Positions 7,023 through 16,776 of a stretch of DNA of 64,000 nucleotides are shown in pieces (within the stretch, counting starts at the first letter, position 1; every line of letters begins with the position of its first letter). The DNA is from an uncultured Gemmatimonas sp. (GTDB lineage Bacteria > Gemmatimonadota > Gemmatimonadetes > Gemmatimonadales > GWC2-71-9): the NCBI GenBank assembly GCA_964619465.1, contig CAZUES010000005.1, positions 12,182-76,181 on the forward strand, given 5' to 3'. The translations under genes and the position numbers were made by a program. Under the pieces are notes generated by a model. That model saw only the letters and a program-made list of their open reading frames with translations. It ran no database searches and was not told the origin of the DNA.

Positions 7023-8356
7023 TCGTCGCAAAATTCGGCGGAACCTCCGTGGCCGACGCCGACGCCATCAAGCGATTGGTGGGCATCGTAGCGGAGCGCC
7101 AGACAGAGCGACCTGTGGTGGTCGTATCCGCCCTGGCCCGTATTACGGATGCGCTGCTCGACCTGGAACATGCCGGCGCCACGCTCGAAGCCAGGCTCTC
7201 GGCCATCCTGGAACGCCATCGCACCGTAGCAAGTAACCTGGGCCTTCCGCCTGCTGCGTTTGCCCGGATCGAGGAGGACGCCCAGGCGCTCCGGCAGTGG
7301 CTCGCCCTGCGGGCCGGGAGCCCCTGGCGGCCGTTCGAATCGGACCATGTGGTGAGTCACGGAGAACTCTGGAGTTCGCGCCTGGTCGCGGCGGCGCTCG
7401 AGTCCTCGGGTGTGGCAAGCAGCTGGGTCGATGCGCGACAAGTGGTCGTGACCGATGCCCGGTTCACCAAGGCCATCCCGCAGTTCGATGAGATCAAGAG
7501 GTGTGCCGAGTGCCTGATCAGGCCGCTGACCGAAGGGAGTATCGTTCCGGTCACCCAGGGCTTCATCGGTGGCACCTCCGACGGCCAGACCACCACGCTC
7601 GGCCGCGGCGGCTCGGACTATACCGCCTCACTGCTCGGCGCTGCGCTCGGGGCGGCGCGGGTCGAGATCTGGACCGACGTCGACGGCATTCTCTCGGCCG
7701 ACCCGCGTATCGTCCCCGATGCGCACCTGCTGGCTGAGGCCAGCTATCACGAGGCTGCCGAGCTGGCGGCGTTCGGGGCCAAGGTACTGCACCCGGCTAC
7801 GCAGTCGCCGCTGGTCGACGCCGGGATTCCCTGCTGGGTGCTCAACTCGTTTGCCCCCGAACGGCCGGGAACCCGCATCGTGGCCGGCGCCAGGCCGACC
7901 TTCGTGGGCAACTCCCCGGTGCGCTCGATCGCCTGGAAAGGCGGCATCACCATCATCAACGTCCGCGCGCCTCGACGGCTTGGCGCGGTGGAGTTTCTCC
8001 AGCAGCTCTTCGGCGTCTTTGCCACTCACGGCGTCGCGGTCGACGTGCTGGCCTCGAGCGAGGTCAACGTCTCGGTCACCATCGACGGCACCACCGAGCG
8101 GACCGGCCTGCTGCGGGATCTCCAGACCCTCGGCACGGTCACTGTACTCGACGGGCGGGCCATCGTGGCGGTCATCGGGGTCGACCTCCGCGGCACCCGG
8201 GGCCTGTCGGCCCGCTTGTTCCATGCGGTGCGCGACGTCAACATTGAGGTGATCTCGCAGGGCGCCTCGGAGATCAACGTCACCTTCGTGGTCCGCGAAG
8301 AGGACGGGCCGCACGCGGTCAAGGCACTCCACCGGGAGTTCTTCACCGCAGCCTGA
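7019..8356 (+). CDS. ask: aspartate kinase
   Basis: The N-terminus MIVAKFGGTSVAD is typical. GRGGSDYTA is present, along with C-terminal ACT-like repeats. Confidence 0.9.
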   Translation: MIVAKFGGTSVADADAIKRLVGIVAERQTERPVVVVSALARITDALLDLEHAGATLEARLSAILERHRTVASNLGLPPAAFARIEEDAQALRQWLALRAGSPWRPFESDHVVSHGELWSSRLVAAALESSGVASSWVDARQVVVTDARFTKAIPQFDEIKRCAECLIRPLTEGSIVPVTQGFIGGTSDGQTTTLGRGGSDYTASLLGAALGAARVEIWTDVDGILSADPRIVPDAHLLAEASYHEAAELAAFGAKVLHPATQSPLVDAGIPCWVLNSFAPERPGTRIVAGARPTFVGNSPVRSIAWKGGITIINVRAPRRLGAVEFLQQLFGVFATHGVAVDVLASSEVNVSVTIDGTTERTGLLRDLQTLGTVTVLDGRAIVAVIGVDLRGTRGLSARLFHAVRDVNIEVISQGASEINVTFVVREEDGPHAVKALHREFFTAA

Positions 8357-8387
8357 CGGCCGATCGATCGCCAATGGGAGCACGCGC

Positions 8388-9272
8388 GTGCCGGAACTGC
8401 CGGACGTCGTCACCTACGTCGAAGCGGTCGAGGAGCGGGTACGTGGCCATGTCCTCCAGGACGTGCGACTGCGGACCCCGTTCCTGCTGCGCTCGGTTGC
8501 CCCCCCGCTCGGTGCGGTGATCGGAAAGCGGGTCGACGGCGTCGAGCGACTCGGCAAGCGAATCGTCCTGGCATTGGAGGACGAGATCTTTCTCGTGATC
8601 CACCTGATGATTGCCGGTCGGTTTCACTGGAGACCGGCGGGCGCCAAGATCGGCGGCAAGATTTCGCTGGCCGCCTTCGACTTCGACTCGGGCACGCTGA
8701 CGCTGACGGAGGCCGGCAGCAAACGCCGGGCTTCATTGCATGTGGTCCGCGGCCGAACGGGACTCGCCGAGTTCGACCGGGGCGGCCTCGACCTGTTCAA
8801 AGCAAGCGAAGACGACTTCCGCGCCCGGCTGCTCGCCGGCAACCATACGCTGAAACGCGCCTTGACCGATCCGCGGGCGTTCGACGGGATCGGCAATGCC
8901 TTCTCCGACGAGATTCTCCACGCGGCCCGCCTGTCGCCCCTCAAGCTGACCCGGCGGCTCGCGGACGACGAAATCGGCAGGCTCTACCTGGCCTGCCGGA
9001 CCGTGCTGTCAGACTGGATCGATCGTTTCCGAGCGGATCGGCAGGGCGGATTTCCCGAGAAAGTCACCGCATTCCGGCCCGAGATGGCCGTCCACGGCAA
9101 GTTCAGGCAGCCCTGCCCGGACTGCGGCACGCCGGTCCAGCGGATCCGGTACGCCGAGAACGAGACCAACTACTGTGCCCGGTGCCAGACCGAGGGACGC
9201 CTCCTGGCCGACCGGGCCATGTCCCGCCTGCTCAAGCAGGATTGGCCCCGCTCGATCGACGAGTTGGACTGA
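8388..9272 (+). CDS. Fpg/Nei family DNA glycosylase/AP lyase
   Basis: The N-terminus MPELPDV carries the catalytic Pro2/Glu3. The H2TH region is present, and there is a C-terminal zinc finger CPDCG...CARCQ. Confidence 0.85.
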   Translation: MPELPDVVTYVEAVEERVRGHVLQDVRLRTPFLLRSVAPPLGAVIGKRVDGVERLGKRIVLALEDEIFLVIHLMIAGRFHWRPAGAKIGGKISLAAFDFDSGTLTLTEAGSKRRASLHVVRGRTGLAEFDRGGLDLFKASEDDFRARLLAGNHTLKRALTDPRAFDGIGNAFSDEILHAARLSPLKLTRRLADDEIGRLYLACRTVLSDWIDRFRADRQGGFPEKVTAFRPEMAVHGKFRQPCPDCGTPVQRIRYAENETNYCARCQTEGRLLADRAMSRLLKQDWPRSIDELD

Positions 9273-9373
9273 GCCGCCCCAGACCTGTTCCAGTTCGAAA
9301 CCTTCCGCAATGGGTTGGCGTAGATAGGGGGCCTACGACTTCGAATTCCGTATCCACCCGAGCACGCCTGGCC

Positions 9374-11812
9374 ATGTCGACTTTCCTGCGCGACCTGAAG
9401 CACGCCTTTCGGATGCTGGCCCGCCGGCCGGTTTTCACCCTGGTCATCATCGGCACGCTCGCACTCGGCATCGGGCTCAACACCGCGGTCTTCTCGGCGG
9501 TCGATGCTCTGATCCTGCGGCCGCTCCCCGGCGTAAACAAGCCGAACGAGTTGCTCCAGCTGTATCGGAAATGGCCTGGTTCCGAGTACAGCTCCAGTTC
9601 CCCGGCGCACTACATCGACGTCCGCGACCGAACCCGCGACGTCTTTTCCGGGGTGGCGGCGTGGTCGATCGAGGTGCTCAACCTTACCGTCGACGGCAAG
9701 CCGCAGCGGATCTACGGCATGACCGCTTCGGCCAACTACTTCTCGACTCTCGGGGTCCGGCCGGCCCAAGGGCGGTTCTTCACGAGCGAGGAGGACATCG
9801 GCGAAGGGGCGCATCACGTCACCGTCCTGAGCCACAAAGGGTGGGCTTCCCTGTTCGGGCGTGATCCGAACGTGGTCGGACAGTCGGTGCTGCTCAACGG
9901 CATTGCATACACCGTCGTCGGCGTGGCCCCCGAAGAATTTCGGGGAACCATGCCGATCCTGACGCCATCCTTGTGGATGCCCCTTACCCAGCTGGCGGAG
10001 GCCCGCCCCGGCAGCAACAACTCGTTCCAGACCCGGGGCAACAACTTCCTGAACATCATCGCGCGACCTGCTCCCGGTGTAACGCAAGGCACCATCGAGG
10101 GACGCCTGGATGCCGTCGTCCAGCAGCTGCGCGAGGAGTATCCCGACAACTACCGTGAGAGCAGTATCAACATCGTGCCGCAGCAGGAGGCGGGGTTCCA
10201 CCCCGAGGTCCGCGCGGCGCAGTTCGGCCTCACCTCGATCGTGATGGCGGTGGTCGTCTTGCTGCTGTTGATTGCCTGTGTCAACGTGGCCAACCTGCTG
10301 CTGGCCCAGGCGCGCGAGCGCTCCCGCGAAATGGCCATCCGCCTGGGGCTGGGCGCTCGGCGCTCCGTCATCATCCGTCAGCTGCTCACCGAGAGCGTGC
10401 TGCTGTCCGTGATCTCCGGCGGCATCGGCGTGGCGCTGGCCTGGTGGGCCATCGGGCTCGCCAATCAGGTGCGTCTCCCGGTTGCGATCGACGTGACGCC
10501 GGGCCTCGAGGTCAATCCGACGGTGCTGCTGTTCACGCTGGGCGTATCGCTGCTCACCGGGATCATCTTCGGCCTCGCGCCGGCACTCCAGGCTACCCGG
10601 CCGGACCTGATCCCGGCGCTCAAAGGCGAATCGCCCTCGGGCGGACACCGCTCTCGACTGACCCGCGGGCTCGTAGTCACTCAGATCGCGCTCTCGATCG
10701 TCCTGCTGATATCGGCGGGGCTCTTCCTGCGCAATCTCGAGCGTGCCACGCAGGTGGACAAAGGATTCGACAGCGGGCATCTCCTGATTGCCGACTTCGA
10801 TCCGGCCCTCCAGGGATATTCGCAGGCGCGAAGCGATCAGTTCTATCAGCAGCTGGTCGAGCGAATCCGGGCCAACCCAGCCGTGAAATCGGTGGCTCTG
10901 GTCAACGACGTGCAGCTGGGCATCGGCAGCAGCGACTGGGGTGTGACGATTCCGGGATATACGCCGCAGCCCACCGAGCGGATGTCGATCGACGTCGCTA
11001 TCGTGTCGCCCGGGTACTTCGCCACCCTGGGCACCCGGATCACCAGCGGCCGCGAGTTCGCCGCGACCGATGATAGCGCAGCGGTGCGGGTCATCGTCGT
11101 CAACCAGCGCTTCGTCGACCGGTTCTGGCCGGGACAAGATGGTGTGGGCCGGACGGTGCGCACGGGCGGACGGGACCATACCGTGATCGGCGTGGTACCG
11201 ACCGGCAAGTACCGCCGGCTCGGTGAAGCGCCGCTCGCCTTCATGTGGCTTCCCCACCTGCAGTCGTGGCGTTCGGGTATGTCACTTCAGATCCGTACCA
11301 ACGGCGACCCGCTGGCCCTCTCGTCCCTGGTGCGCAACGAAGTGGCCGCGCTCGATCCCAACCTGCCGGTCAGTAACATCCGGTCGATGGAGCAGCATCT
11401 CGGCATTGCCCTGTTGCCGGCGCGCATTGCCGGCAGCGTGCTGGGCCTCTTCGGCGTGCTGGGTCTCTTCCTGGCGTCGATCGGGATCTACGGCGTGATG
11501 TCCGGGGCGGTAGTACAGCGCACCAGAGAAATCGGGATCCGGATTGCCATCGGGGCCGCGGGAGGAGCGATCGTCAGGCTGCTGGTACGCGAAGGCCTGG
11601 TACTGGTGGGTATCGGTACCGCGATCGGCATGGCGGGCGCCTTCGCGGCGGCGCAGCTGATCCGCGGCATGCTCTACGGAGGAAGCGGCCTCGACCCCGT
11701 CACCTTTACGGCAGTGCCGCTGATTCTGGGTGCGGTGGCGCTCCTGGCCATCTGGATCCCGTCGCGCCGGGCCTCGACCGTGGATCCGATCGAGGCCCTG
11801 CGCAGGGAGTGA
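9374..11812 (+). CDS. ADOP-type (MacB-like, duplicated FtsX) permease; no adjacent ATPase or PadR
   Basis: Begins MSTFLRDLKHAFRMLARRPVFTLVIIGTLALGIG. It has two periplasmic-domain plus FtsX 4-TM blocks and a C-terminal ...ASTVDPIEALRRE. Start taken at ATG 9374; the upstream part of the track ORF is non-coding. Confidence 0.85.
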   Translation: MSTFLRDLKHAFRMLARRPVFTLVIIGTLALGIGLNTAVFSAVDALILRPLPGVNKPNELLQLYRKWPGSEYSSSSPAHYIDVRDRTRDVFSGVAAWSIEVLNLTVDGKPQRIYGMTASANYFSTLGVRPAQGRFFTSEEDIGEGAHHVTVLSHKGWASLFGRDPNVVGQSVLLNGIAYTVVGVAPEEFRGTMPILTPSLWMPLTQLAEARPGSNNSFQTRGNNFLNIIARPAPGVTQGTIEGRLDAVVQQLREEYPDNYRESSINIVPQQEAGFHPEVRAAQFGLTSIVMAVVVLLLLIACVNVANLLLAQARERSREMAIRLGLGARRSVIIRQLLTESVLLSVISGGIGVALAWWAIGLANQVRLPVAIDVTPGLEVNPTVLLFTLGVSLLTGIIFGLAPALQATRPDLIPALKGESPSGGHRSRLTRGLVVTQIALSIVLLISAGLFLRNLERATQVDKGFDSGHLLIADFDPALQGYSQARSDQFYQQLVERIRANPAVKSVALVNDVQLGIGSSDWGVTIPGYTPQPTERMSIDVAIVSPGYFATLGTRITSGREFAATDDSAAVRVIVVNQRFVDRFWPGQDGVGRTVRTGGRDHTVIGVVPTGKYRRLGEAPLAFMWLPHLQSWRSGMSLQIRTNGDPLALSSLVRNEVAALDPNLPVSNIRSMEQHLGIALLPARIAGSVLGLFGVLGLFLASIGIYGVMSGAVVQRTREIGIRIAIGAAGGAIVRLLVREGLVLVGIGTAIGMAGAFAAAQLIRGMLYGGSGLDPVTFTAVPLILGAVALLAIWIPSRRASTVDPIEALRRE

Positions 11813-12064
11813 TCAGGAGGTGGAGGGCGACTGCTTCTTGAACCAGCGATAGACGACGAGGATTACCACGGCGCCGATCACGGAACCGACGAAGCCGACG
11901 TTCGGGTTCATGCCGAGCACGCCGAAGAGCCATCCACCCACCACGGATCCGCCGATGCCGAGCAACGTCGTGATGATGAAGCCGCTCGGCTCCTTCCCCG
12001 CCACCAGGAACTTCGCCACCATACCCACCACGAAACCGATCAAGATCGTCCAGATGATTCCCAC
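11813..12064 (-). CDS. GlsB/YeaQ/YmgE family small membrane stress protein
   Basis: 83 aa, Gly-rich with three TM segments (MGIIWTILIGFVVGMVAKF...). A GGAGGG SD precedes the GTG start. Confidence 0.8.
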   Translation of the reverse strand: MGIIWTILIGFVVGMVAKFLVAGKEPSGFIITTLLGIGGSVVGGWLFGVLGMNPNVGFVGSVIGAVVILVVYRWFKKQSPSTS

Positions 12065-12437
12065 ATACCCTCCGGGAGTTAAAGACGCACGCCGATCCGA
12101 AGCTTTGCCCGCGTCCGGAACAGCTTCCTACGCGGACGAGGAGGAGATTGTGTCAAACGCCCCTTCATGAAGATATCAACATCTTGCCTCGTCGCTGGAT
12201 TGCCGCACGATGTCTACAATCATGCGGGTGCCGTCGACGATTGCTTCGGGTTCCCGAGCAGAGACTAGGGCCATTCGGCCCTGCGCACTGGTACGACACC
12301 CGGCCGCATACAGCGCACCGGCACGCGCTATCTCAGCAAATCCCAAGGAGTTGTCGTCACCATTGCCATTCCGTCTCTCCGGTCCGGCACGAGACCTGCT
12401 TTCCGCAGTGTCAACTCTCGAAGAAACGGTCTGCTTC

Positions 12438-12881
12438 ATGAAGCCGAACAATGTCGTAGCACGTTTTCGTGACGGTCGCGTGCTCAAAGGATCGAGTCTC
12501 AACATCGATCCGAACCGGCCGACCTGTCACTTGCGCACCGACGATCACGACGTTCAGGTCCTGCGACTCAAGGAGTTGAAGGCGCTCTTCGTGGTGAAGT
12601 GTCCGGACGGAAACGCCACGTTCGAGGAATCGTTTGACTGTACCCCAGGCGACATCCGCTTGCTCGGCGCAGCAAAGATCGCAGTGCATTTCGAGGATGG
12701 GGAGACGATCGTGGGCATGAGCACGCACTACCCGCCGAGCGACTCTTCCCTCTTCTTCATGGTGCCGATCGACCCCAAGAGCAACAACATCCGGATCCTC
12801 GTCAACCTCGATGCGGTGACAAGCGTCGAGCGCGTCGAGGCCGGCGCGCCCTCGATCGCCCCCGTCGTCGGCAGTCGGTAG
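12438..12881 (+). CDS. hypothetical protein with an internal duplication
   Basis: High wobble G/C begins only at ATG 12438; the 228 nt of the track ORF upstream have poor codon bias. The protein has two similar halves (VARFRDGRVLKGSS... and IAVHFEDGETIVGMS...). I recognised no family confidently. Confidence 0.55.
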   Translation: MKPNNVVARFRDGRVLKGSSLNIDPNRPTCHLRTDDHDVQVLRLKELKALFVVKCPDGNATFEESFDCTPGDIRLLGAAKIAVHFEDGETIVGMSTHYPPSDSSLFFMVPIDPKSNNIRILVNLDAVTSVERVEAGAPSIAPVVGSR

Positions 12882-12911
12882 CCACGCACCTAGTCGGCGC
12901 GCGCCGGCCCC

Positions 12912-14615
12912 TTACGGTGCCGCCGGTGCGCCCCCGCGCTGCGCATCGCGCGCCGCTTTGAACTCGTTGCCCGGCCGCCATTCGGGAAACCGGTCGCTCT
13001 GGGCCAGCCAGTAGCCGACCATCAGCACCAGCCGCAAGTCGTCCACCGCGCCGTCCATTCGCCAGAACGGTTTCACTTGGTCCGTCGGCTTGTGGTAATC
13101 CTCGGCGATGTAGCGTTCGCGGGCTTTGGTGCCGTAGTCGGGCGATTCACCCACGAAATCGACCCCTCCGTCGGTATAGAGCGCGGGCACCCCGACCTTG
13201 GCAAAATTGAAATGGTCCGAGCGATAGTAGTACCCCTTTTCCGGCTCGGCATCCGGGCGGACCACCCGCTTCTGGATCGCGGCCGCCGCCTGCACTTCGT
13301 CGTCGAGTTCCGATGCGCCCAGACCGATGACCGTCACGTCGCTGGTCCGTCCGTCGACATTGACGCCGTCGACATTGATGTTCGCCACCGTCTGCGCCAG
13401 CGGGTAGAGCGGTCGCTCCGCATAATATTGTGAACCGAGCAAGCCCTGTTCTTCCGCTGTCACCGCGAGCATGAGGATAGAGCGCCGCGGCGCCGCGGGC
13501 AGTGCTTTGAACGCTCGGGCAAACGCCAGCAACGCCGCCGTGCCGGTCGCGTTGTCGAGGGCGCCATTGTAGATCGAATCACCGTCGACCGCGGCACCGA
13601 TCCCGAAGTGGTCCCAATGCGCGGTATAGACGACGTACTCGTCGCGACCCACCGGGTCACTGCCGGTCAGCTTGGCAATTACGTTCTGTGATTCGACCGT
13701 GCGCCGAGTGGTCTTGAGGTTCATCGACGCGGTCAGGCCGAGCGGCACGGGAGTGAACTCACGAGTCGCCGCCTGTGCCTTGACCTGGTCGAAGTCCTGC
13801 CCGGCAAGCGTGAAGAGCGACTTGGCCTGCTCCAGGGTAATCCACGCTTCGATCTTGGAGCGACTGGCGTTGTTGTCGGGTGCGATGATATTGAAACGCT
13901 CGCCGCCCATGCCCTGCACCACGACGAATGGATAGCCGGCCGGCTCGGTCTCGTGGACCAGGATCACGGCATCGGCGCCGTGCCGCATGCCCTGTTCGTA
14001 CTTATAGGTCCAGCGGCCATAGTAGGTCATCGCTTTGCCGCCGAACACGGTGGAGTCGAGACCACTCGGATTGCCGGGGTCCGGCACCGGCGGATCGTTC
14101 ACCAGCATCACCAGCGTCTTACCCTTGGCGTCGATCCCTTTGAAGTCGTCCCAGTCGTACTCGGGCGCCTGCACCCCGTAGCCGACGAAGACCATCTCCG
14201 AGTTGCTGATCGAAACTCCGTTGGTGACGTGGCGCGTCCAGGCCACCACATCGTCGCGGAAGCGGAGCGTTCGCGACTCGGCGCCGCGCCGGACCACCAG
14301 GGTGGAGGTCGGATCCGGGGTGATGCTGACCAGCGGAACCTTTTGGATAAAGGTGCCGTCCGGATTACCCGGCTCGAAGCCGATGGCGCGGAACTCCCGC
14401 TCCAGGAACTCGACCGTCCGATCCTCGCCAAGCGTGCCGGGGCTGCGGCCGAGAAAAGAGTCGGACGACAGAATCCTGATGTCGGCGAGCAGCTGGTCGC
14501 CGTCGATCGCGTTGAGCGCAACTTCCGGCACGTCCGGGCGAGTGCTTGCTCCGGAGCTGCATCCGAGACCGAGAACCACCGACAAGACAGACAGAATCCG
14601 AGATTGCATTGCCAC
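12912..14615 (-). CDS. M28 family aminopeptidase with a PA domain, lipoprotein
   Basis: Has the lipobox LGLGC and the motifs HWDH, DNATG and EEQGLLGS. Confidence 0.85.
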   Translation of the reverse strand: MAMQSRILSVLSVVLGLGCSSGASTRPDVPEVALNAIDGDQLLADIRILSSDSFLGRSPGTLGEDRTVEFLEREFRAIGFEPGNPDGTFIQKVPLVSITPDPTSTLVVRRGAESRTLRFRDDVVAWTRHVTNGVSISNSEMVFVGYGVQAPEYDWDDFKGIDAKGKTLVMLVNDPPVPDPGNPSGLDSTVFGGKAMTYYGRWTYKYEQGMRHGADAVILVHETEPAGYPFVVVQGMGGERFNIIAPDNNASRSKIEAWITLEQAKSLFTLAGQDFDQVKAQAATREFTPVPLGLTASMNLKTTRRTVESQNVIAKLTGSDPVGRDEYVVYTAHWDHFGIGAAVDGDSIYNGALDNATGTAALLAFARAFKALPAAPRRSILMLAVTAEEQGLLGSQYYAERPLYPLAQTVANINVDGVNVDGRTSDVTVIGLGASELDDEVQAAAAIQKRVVRPDAEPEKGYYYRSDHFNFAKVGVPALYTDGGVDFVGESPDYGTKARERYIAEDYHKPTDQVKPFWRMDGAVDDLRLVLMVGYWLAQSDRFPEWRPGNEFKAARDAQRGGAPAAP

Positions 14616-14911
14616 TCCCTGGATCGACTCGACTAGAGATTGCAGTAAACCGCGCGTTCGCCCTGACGTTATCCCCCAACCATCTGCAGCGCAACCACTT
14701 ACCTCAACGCGCCAAGCTGACGAGCTTTCGGGCGCCGATTAAGTGGTGTATTGTTTGGGAGGTGGTACTGGGGCTCATACGCCAGATTCCGCCTCTCAGG
14801 CGCCTGGCGCTCATACAATACCGTGACGTACGATTACACGCCGGGCGGGTCGATTGATGCGAATCAAGTCCGAAAACTTTGGAAGAACAGTTTTTACGGG
14901 ATTCCCTGAGT

Positions 14912-15394
14912 ATGGACTTCGAACAGAATAGTCGCGTTCTGGGATTTCTGTGTTTGTTAGCCGCCGGTTGCGGTGGCACAACGCCGGACCCTGATCCGAT
15001 CCAGGAGAACCGGTGTTCCGTTCCGCAGGGTGAGTTTGCCACCGGGTATCAATGCGCTATCGTCGAGGGCATTGCGCGAGATGCGCAGGGCGCACCGCTT
15101 TCCCGGCGAGCGATTCGGGTCGACTCGGTCATCCCGGGTATGGGCTTCCTGTACACGAGTCGGAATGAGATTACAACCACCGAGGGAAAGTTTCGGATCG
15201 AAGTCCGCCGTTTGGTGCCCCTCCCGCGCCATGATCCGGATACTGCTACGATCGACCTGAGAACGTTCAAGGTCATCGACCCGCAGGCGCTGGCAGATCC
15301 GATCGCCGTTGCCCCAGTTCAGATGACGTTCGCCGACAAAGGACAGTTAGTGAAGTTGACCATAGTGGACGTTCGGTTCCAGCCGGTACCGTAA
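14912..15394 (+). CDS. hypothetical lipoprotein
   Basis: MDFEQNSRVLGFLCLLAAGCGG contains a lipobox, and coding bias is good. There is no recognisable catalytic motif. Confidence 0.55.
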   Translation: MDFEQNSRVLGFLCLLAAGCGGTTPDPDPIQENRCSVPQGEFATGYQCAIVEGIARDAQGAPLSRRAIRVDSVIPGMGFLYTSRNEITTTEGKFRIEVRRLVPLPRHDPDTATIDLRTFKVIDPQALADPIAVAPVQMTFADKGQLVKLTIVDVRFQPVP

Positions 15395-15439
15395 TGCTGC
15401 TGCCGTCGGACTTCATGGGGCTGCGACGGGCGCTTCGCT

Positions 15440-15907
15440 GTGACTATCCTTTATCTCGTGCCAAGTCGACCTCATCAACCGCGTGCGGCTGTTCCGGGTG
15501 GGCGCCGGAAGGCGCCGCCCGAGGATTCCCCTCCAGGCGCTGCATCCCGGCCCCGGGCACCGAGCGCTACCTACGCAGCAATTTACGCGGCGGTCCGCCG
15601 GATTCCGTGCGGCAGGGTGATGAACTACGGCGCAGTTGCCGCGCTTGCCGGACTTCCAGGCCGAGCCCGCCAGGTCGGCTACGCCATGCATGCCCTGCCG
15701 GCCGGCACGACGGTGCCCTGGCACCGTGTCGTCAATGCGCAGGGAGCAATCAGCCGCCGGGCCCATCCGGGCGGGGAGCTGACCCAGCGAATGCTCCTCG
15801 AGGCCGAGGGGGTGCGGTTCAACAGTGCAGGTCGGATCGACCTCGATACCTACGGATATCAGCCGGGACGACGCGCGCCACGGAAGGGACGTCGCTCAGC
15901 CACCTAG
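15440..15907 (+). CDS. MGMT-family (alkyltransferase-like DNA-binding domain) protein
   Basis: The core runs YAAIYAAVRRIPCGRVMNYGAVAALAG...VPWHRVVNAQGAIS. The N-terminal ~40 aa and the GTG start are uncertain. Confidence 0.7.
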   Translation: MTILYLVPSRPHQPRAAVPGGRRKAPPEDSPPGAASRPRAPSATYAAIYAAVRRIPCGRVMNYGAVAALAGLPGRARQVGYAMHALPAGTTVPWHRVVNAQGAISRRAHPGGELTQRMLLEAEGVRFNSAGRIDLDTYGYQPGRRAPRKGRRSAT

Positions 15908-16396
15908 CAGGCCGATGACCCCTCGGAACACTGCAACGGCCGCCCAGATCACACCGGCTACCGTCCCCAACAATCCCGCCGTTACCGCACCAAGCAGCAA
16001 GGCGCTCCGCCTTCGGGTCCGGTGCGGCGCCAGATACCACGCTTCGAGCAGGTTCAGATTACGCCGGTTGGCCTTCCAGCCGATGTCGAACAGATCGCCC
16101 AGCAGCGGGACCAGCCCGACCAGTGCGTCGATCCCGACATTGAGCAGCATCCGGGCGGCAATCGGTACCCCGACGCCCAGTCGGATCGAGGCCAGTACCA
16201 GGTAAGCGCTGACAATGGCCCCGGCAGCATCCCCGATACCCGGGATCAGCCCGATCAGGCCGTCGAGCCCGATCCGGATGCCTGTCCCCGGAATCGCGAT
16301 GGCCTCGTCCATGAGGCGGACGAGGGAACGGAGCCGCTCCACCACTCGCTCCTCTGCGGGTTCCACCGACGTCTGCCTCACCTCATCGATCGCCAT
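15896..16396 (-). CDS. DUF4112-like small membrane protein
   Basis: Contains IPGTGIRIGLDGLIGLIPGIGDAAGA and LVPLLGDLFDIGWKANRRN. Start taken at MAIDEV (ATG 16396). It overlaps the MGMT-like gene convergently by 12 nt. Confidence 0.7.
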   Translation of the reverse strand: MAIDEVRQTSVEPAEERVVERLRSLVRLMDEAIAIPGTGIRIGLDGLIGLIPGIGDAAGAIVSAYLVLASIRLGVGVPIAARMLLNVGIDALVGLVPLLGDLFDIGWKANRRNLNLLEAWYLAPHRTRRRSALLLGAVTAGLLGTVAGVIWAAVAVFRGVIGLLGG

Positions 16397-16468
16397 GGGC
16401 TGTCTCCGAGCCGGCCGAATGGTAGCGACCACTCCGGACCTTGCGTCACCCCTCCGATTCGAACCTCG

Positions 16469-16497
16469 TTGACGGGTCTGACTAGTCTAGTCATATT
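16469..16497 (+). promoter_or_regulatory. candidate sigma70-type promoter with an embedded palindromic operator for the antitoxin/toxin operon; probably a leaderless mRNA
   Basis: TTGACG (16469-16474), a 17-nt spacer, then CATATT (16492-16497). The ATG at 16504 lies 7 nt after the -10, with no SD. The palindrome GACTAG-T-CTAGTC (16480-16492) sits in the spacer. Confidence 0.45.
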
Positions 16498-16503
16498 TAT
16501 AGA

Positions 16504-16776
16504 ATGAAACGGAGCTACTCTCTCTATGAGGCCAAGGCCCGGCTCTCGTCCATCGTTCGCATGGTACGAGAGGGCCAGCACGTCATCATCACCGTCCACG
16601 GCAAGCCCGCGGTCGAACTCCGGCCTGTGGAACCGCCGCCGCCGGACCTCGCGACCCGACTGACACAACTCGAGGAACGCGGCCTGCTCACGAGACAACC
16701 CGTCGCCACCGGAGCGTTCGAGCCTGTCGTCCGGCGGCCCGGGGCGCTGACCCGCTTCCTCGACGACCGCGACTGA
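16504..16776 (+). CDS. Phd/YefM-family type II antitoxin
   Basis: 90 aa with a typical N-terminal fold signature: YSLYEAKARLSSIVRMVREGQHVIITVHGKPAVELRP. Its stop overlaps the downstream ATG (TGATG). Confidence 0.8.
   Translation: MKRSYSLYEAKARLSSIVRMVREGQHVIITVHGKPAVELRPVEPPPPDLATRLTQLEERGLLTRQPVATGAFEPVVRRPGALTRFLDDRD

Noticed and set aside
12148-12441. A 97-aa Cys/His/Arg-rich ORF starting right after the GAGGAGGAG element.
   Set aside because: It has a TTG start only 1 nt from the SD, poor wobble G/C, and a composition typical of random translation of an intergenic region.
16440-16480. A tRNA-like T-loop sequence, GGTTCGAATC, on the minus strand.
   Set aside because: The flanking bases do not form a 5-bp T-stem (CGAGG versus CGGAG), and I could draw no acceptor or anticodon arms. 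The stretch lies in the short gap between the DUF4112-like gene's alternative upstream start (16432) and the antitoxin promoter, too little sequence to hold a tRNA.
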